From Sphyrna mokarran (lineage: Eukaryota), in assembly GCA_024679065.1 (NCBI GenBank), contig JAGIQG010000011.1, positions 74,710,001 to 74,774,000 of the forward strand: a DNA stretch of 64,000 bases, read 5' to 3'. Position numbers and translations under genes: made by a program. How positions within the stretch are numbered: position 1 is the stretch's first letter; every line of letters starts with the position of its first letter. The notes beneath the pieces are model-generated. The model worked only from the letters and a program-made list of their open reading frames with translations, searched no databases and was not told where the DNA came from. Below are positions 1 to 9,466 of the stretch, piece by piece.

Positions 1-1193
1 TGCTTGACAAATCTATTGGAATTCTTTGAGGATGTAACTAGTAAAGTTGACCAAAGAGAACCAGTGGAGGTGGTTTACTTAGACTTTCAAAAGATTTTTG
101 ATAAGGTGTCTCATAACAGACTACTATGTAAAGTTAAAGCACGTGGGATTGTCTTGAGATGGATAGAAAGCTGGTTAGCAGACAGCAAAGATTTGGCATA
201 AATGATTATTTTTCTGTTTGGCAGTCAGTGACTATTAGGGTTCCACAGGGATCTGTGCTAGGACCCTCGACTGTTCATATATTAATGTTTTGTAAGAAGG
301 AACTCACTGTGTTATCTCCAGACAATACAAAGTTAAGTGGGAGGGTGAGCTGTAAGGTGGATGCAGAGATGCTTCACTGCGATTTGGACAGGCTGAATGT
401 GTGGGTATTTGCATGGCAGATGCAGTACAATGTGGATAACTATGAGGCCATTCACTTTGGTAACAATAGTAGGAAGACAAATCATTACTTGAATGGGTGT
501 AAATTGAGAGAGGTGGATGCTCAGCGAGACCTTGGAATCCTCGTGCGTCATTCGCTGAAAGTAAGCACACAGGTACAGCAGACTATAAAGAAGGCAAATG
601 ATATGTTGGCTTTCAGAGCGAGAGGATTTGAGTATAGGGATAGGAATATTTTGCTGCAGTTGTATAGGGCATTGGTGAGACCACACCTGGAGCATTGTAT
701 GCAGTTTTGGTGTCCTTATCTGAAGAAGGATGTCCTTGCTATAGAGGCAGTACAGTGAAGGTTTATCAGGTTGATTCCTGGGATGGCAAGTCTGTTAAAT
801 GAAGCAAGACTAATTTGGTTAGGATTATATTCACTGGAGTTCAGAAGAGTGAGAGGGTATTACATAGAAACTTATAGAATTCTAAGAGGGTTAGACAGGG
901 TGGATTCAGAAATGATGTGGGAGTCCAGAACTACGGGTCATAATTTGAAGATAAGAGATAAAACTTTTAGGACTGTGGTAAGGAGAAACCTCTTCACTCA
1001 AAAAGTGGTAAATCTGTGGAATGTATCACCATGGAATGTCGTTGAAGCCAAAACGTTGCCTGATTTCAAGAAGATACTAGATGTAGCTTTTGGGTCTAAA
1101 GGGATCAAGGGATATGAGGGAAAGGAGAGATCAAAATATTGATGATCAGCAAGCTCGAAGGGCCAAACGGCCTATTTCTACTTCTAGTTTCTA
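1..1193 (+). mobile_element. CR1 LINE, degenerate RT domain to 3' end (runs off window start)
   Basis: Frameshifted ORFs TNLLEFFEDVTSKVD/VYLDFQK.FDKVSH, VPQGSVLGP, LYRALVRPHLEHCMQFW, NLFTQKVVNLWN; CR1-type 3' tail GGGCCAAACGGCCTATTTCTACTTCTAG. Confidence 0.93.
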
Positions 1194-1995
1194 GAACAGA
1201 TTATTGTCCAGACGGCTGGTAAATAGCAAAAATATTCTATTTACTATTTATGCCTTACTGCCAGCTGGTGACTTTATTTCTTTGCGTTATGAAGTAATAT
1301 GTTTGTTTAATCTTAAGCAAATATTAGAAGTACTCTGTATATATAGTTGAATCCTGCTAAATGTCAGATTTCGAAGGCTTGTTGTGCTTGGATCAGTATT
1401 TCTGCAAACTTGATTAAAACAACCCATGCATAGAATTTTTTTGTCCTAAATTCGAAGGAAATATTTGAAGATATTCTTGTAAAAATATATAGATTATTCA
1501 AAAGTGAAAATACTTGGAGTATAATTTCAGTTTTATGGTAAGCTTTTAAATATTTCCAAAACTTGTTTTATGATTGGATCAGGAATTTATACTTGTGTGT
1601 TATATAACGAGTGAGAAATATATTCACTGGGGAATCATTGGTTGCTGCATGTTGGAATTCTATTCTTCTATTAGGTTTGTGTCATCAAGTCTCTTCTCAC
1701 CTGCTCAAGCGTCAGGAAAAGGAGAAAGTTTGAGATTAATTTTGACAGTTTAATCATTTTAAGACTTTCAGTCCACCCAGTTGGGCTTAATCCAATGTTT
1801 TCTGCTGTTTCTAAGAATGATCTAGGATACGCGAAGACTCTGAGCATCATGCTGTACTTGCTAAGGTGGCTTTAATAATCCAGCCGAATTATTCCGTGTT
1901 CAATTGTCATATTATTCAGATTTGTATTTCACTTTGTTTAATCTCCAAGGAATTTACTGTATTTCAAATAATTAATCTACAATTTAATTTTACAG

Positions 1996-2067
1996 GTTCA
2001 TCAGACACCTCAGAAGGAAAGACAAGTCAAGTCACCAAAAGCTAAGAGGCGGAAAATCTCTAGATAA
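1996..2067 (+). CDS. Probable last coding exon of an unidentified host gene: VHQTPQKERQVKSPKAKRRKISR* (basic, NLS-like C-terminus)
   Basis: Acceptor TTTAATTTTACAG|G at 1995/1996; 23 open codons then TAA at 2065-2067; followed by ~1.1 kb of repeat-free, UTR-like sequence with polyA signals. Confidence 0.62.
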   Translation, partial: VHQTPQKERQVKSPKAKRRKISR

Positions 2068-3215
2068 CGTTCAGTCTTCATCACTGATAAAGTTATAGGG
2101 TTGAACTGTGTGTATATAGGGTCTTAATTATCCACGATGCTACAAGGTGCTATTGAACTGTGGTACAGTGTTTCTTCAATAATGAGCAAAAATTATATGC
2201 TGGATAGCTCATCAGAAACCTTGTGAGATCATGGTTACAGTTTATTTACTGCTTGCCTAAGAAGTGACGTTTTCTACAATACTGAGCGATCAAGAATATC
2301 AAAAACTGAACAGTCCAAATGTTTCTGATGATTTTTCATTGTGTATATAGATATGCAAAATTTCATGGTAATATCAAATTGTAAATACTGTATAAAGTTG
2401 TCATGTACAAGCATACTTAATGCACAGTTTATCTTTTCTTGTACAAAATAGTGTACAAAATTCTTTGGTTTCTATTGAGTACACATACAAGAGACTACCA
2501 GTGTAAAGAGGATAAATAAAAATGCCGCTTAAAGCTTTTATATGCAAGATGCTGTTTTTGTATTTAACAGCAGATGAGGCATGGTTATGTGATAACTTAA
2601 TTATGGCAGACACTTCACACCGCCGATGTTCATTTCTATTCTGTTTAAATATCTTGTCTTTTGTGCAATGGCATGGAGGTCTACTATAGTCCTACATGCA
2701 AACTCCATGTAAAATGAAGTCTTTCTTTTTTCTTCACTTTTTTTCCATTCTGAATTGATGTGTTCTGTTTTGATGGTATTGTTGTCTGTGTTTTCTTATC
2801 AGTCAGCTTTTCTGCTGTTTTATGTCAAAACAAATGTTTTATTCATCAAAGGTGCGTGCTTTTATATTTAATTTTGCCTTTCTTTGCTTTACTCCTAAAC
2901 TGTCTTGTAATGACAACTTTGCTCTTTGTTTTGACATTTATCTAATCGTTTTGTATTTTCTCACATGTATACTTTACATTAGTAGAATATGTAAAGTATT
3001 TTGTGCACTTGATTTTAATTGGTTGATGGCATTTATGTGGGTGATAGGAGTAGTTTGTTCCAGTCCATGCAAATTCTCTCTAGGGTTTTATGGTTTCATG
3101 TAAAGGACACTAATTGTAAATATTGTGAGCATTACAGGTCGTGCAGTGTTGTAACATTTTTAATAATGTTGCACCTACTTTACAATTAAAAACTGGTCAC
3201 TCATACTTGAATTTC
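2068..3215 (+). promoter_or_regulatory. Putative 3' UTR with polyadenylation signals and Pumilio elements
   Basis: AATAAA 2515-2520; ATTAAA 3185-3190; TGTAHATA at 2111, 2342, 2380, 3115; GTGCAAT (miR-25/92 family seed match) 2663-2669; U-rich tracts; no TE insertions. Confidence 0.55.
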
Positions 3216-4245
3216 TGCTTGTGGAGCCATTCTTTACCAACATTTCATGGTAAAATAGGAATCCTAATGCAAGCTTATTTTTAAACTTCAAATCGAATTT
3301 GAAAAATGTACTATTTATGACTAGTATAGTTATTTGTATTTTCTAATTGGAAAAAGTGTTCGTCACATTTTCTACAATGTGTAACATGGCAGAGAGGACT
3401 AATATAGAAGAAAAGTCATGTACATTAATTTGCTTGTTTAAACCTTGTAGAGAAAAACGATGAAAGACAATCTCCAATAGTTATTGGATTTTTAACTTTA
3501 ATTGTTTTCCTTCATGGTACCAGGTTGGCAAAGAACATTGACTCATTTGCCAAAGCTTCTATGAAGCTGTCATGGATCTGAACTACAGATTATAGCAACA
3601 CAGTGATGGATGGGACTGGTTGATTCATCAGCAGCACAGACACTATATTTGTATTATTGGCAATTCTGATTATCATTAGTGCTGATTTTATTTTGTGTGA
3701 CTGGAAAAGATGTAATTAGATCTCAAAACTCAATACAAATTCAATTTTATGGTTCAAACAGGTTCATGGGTGTTTGAATTAAATACTGGGTTGTCTAATG
3801 TAATGATTTTAATACAGTGGCTAATTTTAGGACAGCTTGGCAGCGTTTATGTCTTACAATTTAGTACTTTTGGCCATTGTGAGGCCCCATACCACTTGAC
3901 TTTTATTGATGTTATATGCCACAGGAATTGAGATTAAAAAGCTAAAAATACAGCCCTTCTAGCAGAAATATTTCACTAAAGTTAATCATTCATGTAGGCA
4001 CATTCTGTATAAATGCCTCAGAAATGATTGGAAGTTCACAAACCACAGAAGCACGAGTGTATTAACTAAATTGCCACATTTAACTAGAGTACCTTTCTGA
4101 CTATAAATGTGAAAGATTTTCAGTTTTCTTCCATTACACCATTTATTTTTAAAAGCCATCATATAAATAGAACATTCTCATTAAATAACTCATTGATATA
4201 CAGTCCTTTCCTGTCATCTCAAATCTTGAATTACATTGCACTCGA

Positions 4246-4357
4246 GCGGTATGGTGGCACTGTGGTTAGCACTGGTGCCTCACAGTGCCAGAGACCCGAG
4301 TTCAGTTCCTGAGTTGGGTCGCTGTGGAGTTTTCATGTTCTTCCTATGTCTGCATGG
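4246..4357 (+). mobile_element. HE1-type V-SINE, 5' half (split by CR1 insertion)
   Basis: tRNA-like head GGTGGCACTGTGGTTAGCACTG...GAGTTCAGTTCC, then V-core TGTGGAGTTTTCATGTTCTTCCTATGTCTGCATGG. Confidence 0.85.
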
Positions 4358-4789
4358 ACGGGGTGGGGGTGCAGTGCAAGGGTAAGAGAAATTACCACTC
4401 CCAGAGTAAAGGAAAAGGTGCATGTGAAGGTTGAGGATGTGCTGCCGACTAGAATCGCTGTGGGTGGAGATAAAAAATAAGAAGGGAGGAAGATACAGGT
4501 GGGTGTGGTCTCTAGGCCCCCTAATAACAACTTTGAAGTGGGGAGGGCTATAAACAAACAAATAAGAGATGCGTGCAGAAATGGGACAGTGTTAGTAATG
4601 GGTGATTTCAATCTGCACATTGACTGGGCGACACAAGTCGGACACACTGAGCTGGAGGAAGAGTTTTTGGAATGCTGTAGGGATGGGTTCCTTGAATGGT
4701 ATGTTACGGAACCGACGAGAGAGCGTGTTGTCTTAGCCCTAGTACTATGTAATGAGGTAGGTAGAATTAGAGATATTCATGTGGGGGAT

Positions 4790-7015
4790 ACAAAGAACAA
4801 AGAACAACACAGCACGGGAAACAGGCCCTTCAGCCCAACGAGCCCGCGCCGCCATCCTAACGTCTTAATGACATATAGACACCAATATAGGGACAATTTG
4901 TTACCCAATCAGCCTAAGAGCACATTTTTGGGATGTGGGAGGAAACCGGAGCACCCGGAGAAAACCCACGCAACCACGGGGAGAACGCGCAAACTCCCGC
5001 AGACACAGGCCCAAATCCATGTGTCTGCACAGCAACAGCGATAGTCTCTGAGCTGTCATGTTGCCCATCTGATGGTCCAGTTTAAGCATACACTAACGAC
5101 TTGAAGCACTAGGCCACTCCTGAAGTAACCTCTAGGAGCAGCCCTCGCACGACCTGCCGAATGCATGCACCTTGTTGGTCAACAAGGTGGACCGAATAGC
5201 CTGTGGAAACAATTAAAGTATTTAAACAGTCCTCCTATATCCCTCTATCTGCAGACCGCTCATGTGGCTGTCCAAGAGATCCTTAAACAACCCTAGCGTG
5301 CCTGCTCCCACCACCTTACTCGGTAGTGCATTCCACACCCCCACTACCCTTTGTGTGAAAAAATGCCCTCTAATATTAGTCTTATACATAGCCCCCCTCA
5401 CCCTAAGGCCGTGACCCCTCGTTCTATCCGAAGCTAATGGTGGAAAAAGCTTACCACCATTTACTCTATCTATACCCGTCATAATCTTATATACCTCTAA
5501 TAGATCCCCTCTCAGCCGACGTCTTTCAAAGGAAAACAACCCCAGTGCATTCAACCTTTCCTCGTAAGACAGCCCTTCCATACCAGGCAGCATCCTGGTA
5601 AATCTCCTCTGCACTCTCTCCAGGGATTCCACATCCTTCCGGTAGTACGGCGACCAGAACTGGACGCAGTACTCCAAGTGAGGCCTAACCAACGTTCTAT
5701 ACACTTGCAACATCAAACTCCTACTCTTGTATTCTATACCCCTTCCTATGAAGGCTAACATACCATACGCTTTCTTTATCACCTTTTCCACCTGTACTGA
5801 CACCTTCAGAGACTTGTGAACCTGCACCCCCAGGCCTCTCTGCGTCTCTATACTCCGGATAGTTTTACCTTTTATCCTATAACTCCCCTCTACAGTATTC
5901 CGGCCAAAATGCATCACCTCGCATTTATCCGGATTAAATTCCATTTGCCATCTATCTGCCCAATCTACCAGCCTATCTATGTCCTGTTGTATTGCCTGGC
6001 ACTGCTCCTCAGTCCCCGCCAATCCAAGTATCTTAGTGTCATCAGCAAATTTGCTGATCACACCACCTACCCCCTCTTCCAAGTCATTTATATAAATCAC
6101 AAATAGAAGAGGTCCTAGTACTGAGCCCTGTGGCACACCACTAGTGACTGACCTCCAGTTGGAAAAAGAGCCTTCCACTAATACCCGCTGTCTCCTCCTC
6201 CCAAGCCAGTTCTCAACCCATCTACATACCTGGCCCTGTATCCCATGCGCCTTCACCTTTTTTATCAGTCTACCATGGGGAACCTTGTCAAACGCCTTAC
6301 TGAAATCCATGTAGACGACATCAACGGCTTGTCCTTCATCAACCGTTTTTGTCACCTCTTCAAAAAATTCCACTAGATTCGTAAGGCACGACCTCCCCTT
6401 AACGAAGCCATGCTGCGTATCCCTGATCAGATCGCAGCGCTCCAGATGCTCATACATCCTGTCCCTGAGGATCCTCTCCATTAGCTTACCTATAACTGAA
6501 GTCAAGCTCACCGGCCTATAGTTCCCTGGGTTATCCCTCTGACCCTTTTTAAACAACGGTACTACATTTGCAATCCTCCAGTCCTCTGGGACCTCACCTG
6601 TGTCCAAAGAAGAGACAAAGATTTGCGTCAGAGGCCCAGCAATGTCATCCCTCACCTCCCTTAGCAGCCTGGGATAAATACCATCAGGCCCTGGAGCTTT
6701 ATAAGTCTTTATGCTACCTAAAAGCCCCAACACTTCTTCCCTCGTAATGACTATTTCCTTTAACGGGTCCTCAAAATCCTCAAAGCCAGCATCAGATATC
6801 AGGCCCCTCTCCCACGTGAATACCGACGCAAAGTCTTCCTTCAGGATCTCCCCCATCCCCTCAGGCTCTAAGCATAGATCCCCTCCTCTGTCCCTGAGAG
6901 GTCCAATCTTGCCTCTAACCATCCTTTTGCTCCTTACATAGGAGTAAAATGCCTTAGGATTTTCCTTAATCCTACCTGCCAAAGCCATTTCGTGGCCCCT
7001 TTTTGCCTTTCTGAC
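4790..7015 (-). mobile_element. Young 5'-truncated CR1 LINE with a long composite 3' UTR
   Basis: Uninterrupted RT frame, then ~430 nt ending GGGCTGAAGGGCCTGTTTCCCGTGCTGTG(TTGTTCT)n; inserted with a 2-bp AC overlap into the host CR1 endonuclease. Confidence 0.93.
5222..7015 (-). CDS. CR1 ORF2 reverse transcriptase, C-terminal ~597 codons, open but lacking the endonuclease
   Basis: 588-aa track ORF with KAPGPDGI, NYRPVSLTS, QHGF, GVPQGSVLGP, FADDTK, FFTQRVVGVWNALP; frame extends upstream as VRKAKRGHE to the junction. Confidence 0.9.
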   Translation of the reverse strand, partial: VRKAKRGHEMALAGRIKENPKAFYSYVRSKRMVRGKIGPLRDRGGDLCLEPEGMGEILKEDFASVFTWERGLISDAGFEDFEDPLKEIVITREEVLGLLGSIKTYKAPGPDGIYPRLLREVRDDIAGPLTQIFVSSLDTGEVPEDWRIANVVPLFKKGQRDNPGNYRPVSLTSVIGKLMERILRDRMYEHLERCDLIRDTQHGFVKGRSCLTNLVEFFEEVTKTVDEGQAVDVVYMDFSKAFDKVPHGRLIKKVKAHGIQGQVCRWVENWLGRRRQRVLVEGSFSNWRSVTSGVPQGSVLGPLLFVIYINDLEEGVGGVISKFADDTKILGLAGTEEQCQAIQQDIDRLVDWADRWQMEFNPDKCEVMHFGRNTVEGSYRIKGKTIRSIETQRGLGVQVHKSLKVSVQVEKVIKKAYGMLAFIGRGIEYKSRSLMLQVYRTLVRPHLEYCVQFWSPYYRKDVESLERVQRRFTRMLPGMEGLSYEERLNALGLFSFERRRLRGDLLEVYKIMTGIDRVNGGKLFPPLASDRTRGHGLRVRGAMYKTNIRGHFFTQRVVGVWNALPSKVVGAGTLGLFKDLLDSHMSGLQIEGYRRTV

Positions 7016-9282
7016 ACTCTAGGGACAAGTGATCATAGTATGGTAGAATTTATGATGCATTTGGAGGATGAGGTTGTGGAGTCCCAGACCTGAACAGAGT
7101 GGACTATGATAGGATGAGAGAGGAATTGGCGACTGTGGATTGGAGGAGTACGCTGGTTGATAGGACGGCTGAGGAACAGTGGGGGATTTTTAAAGAAATC
7201 TTTCTCGGTACTCAGCCTATATATATTCCGATGGTGAAGAAGGACTGTAGGAGAAGGAAAAATCAGCCGTGGTTCTCAAAGGAAATTAGGGAGAGTATTA
7301 AATCTAAAGCTGAGGCATTCAAAATAGCTAAAAATAGTGGGCGATCGGAGGATTGGGAAAGTTTTAAACAATAGCGGAGAGTGACTAAAAAAGGTTATTA
7401 AAAAAGGAAAGATGGAAAATGAGGCTAAACTAGCTCGAAACATCAAAAAGGACAGTAAGAGTTTTTATAAAAATATAAAGAAAAGGAGGATGGCCAGAGT
7501 TAATGTTGGATCCTTGGAAGATGAGAGGGCTGGTTTAATGGTGGATGACAGGGATATGGCGGAGACCTTGAATAAGTTTTTTGTGTTGGTCTTTATGGAG
7601 GAGGATGTAAATAGCTTGCCCAAACTCAAGGATAGAAGGGTGGTAGGAGATGAGGTCCTTGATGAGATTACAGTCATTAGAGAGGTGGTGCTTAATAGGC
7701 TAATGGAGCTGAGGGTAGATAAATACCCAGGACCGGATGGAATGCATCCCAGGGTCCTCAAAGAAATGGCAGAGGTGATAGTAGATGCCCTGGTAATTAT
7801 CTTTCAAAATTGGCTGGACTCTGGAAAAGTGCCGGAAGATTGGAAAACAGCTAATGTTACGCCGCTGTTTAAGAAGGGTAGCAGACAGAAGGCAGGAAAT
7901 TATAGGCCAGTTAATTTAACATCTGTAGTAGGAAAAATGTTTGAATCTGTAGTCAGCACAAATAATGAGACACCTGGATATGAACGGTTTGATCAGGCAG
8001 TCGCAGCACGGATTCGTTAAGAGGAAGTCGTGCTTGACAAATTTATTGGAGTTCTAAGAGGAAGTGACTAGTGCGGTAGATAGAGGGGAACCGGTGGATA
8101 TGGTGTTTTTGGATTTCCAGAAAGCGTTCGATAAGGTGCCTCACAAAAGATTGCTGCGGAAGGTTAAGGTGCAGGGAGTCGGGGGTAGGGTGTTAGCCTG
8201 GATAGAGGATTGGTTGTCTAATAGAAAGCAGAGAGTAGGTATTAATGGGTGCTATTCTGATTGGCAGCCGGTGACTAGTGGAGTGCCCCAAGGTTCAGTG
8301 CTGGGGCCTCAACTACTTACCATTTACTTAGATAATCTGGAGGAAGGGGCTAAGTGCAGGGTGATGAAATTTGCTGATGACACGAAGATGAGTGGAAAAG
8401 CAAATTGCATGGAGGGTGTGGAAAGCCTGCAGAGGGATCTGGATAGGTTGAGTGAGTGGGCGAGGACCAGCCAGATGGAGTATAATGTTAGCAAGTGTGA
8501 GGTTATCCACTTTGGGAAGAATAATGGTAGGAAGGATTACTATTTAAATGGAGAAAAGCTGCAGCATGCGACAATGCAGAGGGACCTGGGGGTCCTTGTG
8601 CACGAATCGCAAAAACACAGTATGCAGGTGCAGCAGGTGATTAAGAGGGCGAATGCAATATTGGCCTTTATAGCCAGGGGGATAGAATATAAAAGTAGGG
8701 AGGTTCTGTTGCAGCTGTATAGGGTACTGGTGAGGCCGCAGCTGGAGTACTGTGTGCAGTTTTGGTCTCTGCATTCGAGGAAAGATATATTGGCCTTGGA
8801 GGGGCTGCAGGGAAGGTTCACTAGGCTGATATCAGAGATGAGGGCATTGGATTATGAGGAGAGACTGCGTAGGCTAAGTTTGTACTCTTTGGAGTTTAGA
8901 AGGCTGAGAGGGGATCTTATAGAGATGTATAAGATAATGAAGGGGATGGATAGGGTAGAGGTTGAGAGACTCTTCCCGCTTAACAAAGACAGCAGGACTA
9001 GAGGGCACAGCCTCAAGATTAGGGGGGGGGGGAGCGCAATTCAGATCGGAGTTGCAGAGGGTGGTGAATCTTTGGAATTCTCTGCCTGATGAGGTGGTGG
9101 AGGCTTCCTCACTGAATATGTTCAAGTCAAGAGTGGATAGGTTTTTAATTGACAAGGGAATTAAGGGTTATGGGGAGAGAGCGGGAAAGTGGTACTAAAT
9201 CACTACAGATCAGCCATGATCTTATTGAATGGCGGGGCGGGCTTGAGGGGCTGTATGGCCTACTCCTGCTCCTATTTCTTAT

Positions 9283-9466
9283 GTTCCTCCGGTGCTCTGG
9301 TTTCCCCCCATAGTCTGAAAGACCTGCTGCTTAAGTGCATTGGCCATGCTAAATTCTCCCTTCATGAACCTGAACAGGCACTGGACTGTGGCAACAAGTG
9401 GAGTTTCACAGTGACTTCGTGGCAATGTTAATGTAAGCCTATTTGTGGCATTAATAAATAAACTTT
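9283..9466 (+). mobile_element. HE1-type V-SINE, 3' half
   Basis: TTCCTCCGGTGCTCTGGTTTCC...GCATTGGCCATGCTAAATTCTCCC...AATAAATAAACTTT continues the SINE from 4357. Confidence 0.88.

Larger units (their letters stand above)
4358..9285 (+). mobile_element. CR1 LINE ORF2 (APE endonuclease + RT + 3' UTR), interrupted at 4790-7015 by a second CR1
   Basis: EN motifs GVVSRPP, VMGDFNLH; VGD (4781-4789) continues as TLGTSDHSMVEF (from 7016); RT motifs KYPGPDGMHPRVLKE, NYRPVNLTS, GVPQGSVLGP, FADDTK; a few stops and frameshifts; tail CCTACTCCTGCTCCTATTTCTTATGTTC. Confidence 0.95.

Noticed and set aside
2760-3103. Hydrophobic ORFs resembling small membrane proteins
   Set aside because: By-product of T-rich UTR composition; non-ATG or weak starts; no splice context.
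5222-6988. 588-aa RT ORF as a retron, DGR, group II intron or domesticated gene
   Set aside because: Standard CR1 ORF2 motifs; 5'-truncated; LINE tail; nested inside another LINE. The first Met is internal.
304-8821. Many 60-120 aa ORFs antisense to RT regions
   Set aside because: Shadow ORFs of CR1 coding sequence; they recur opposite most copies.
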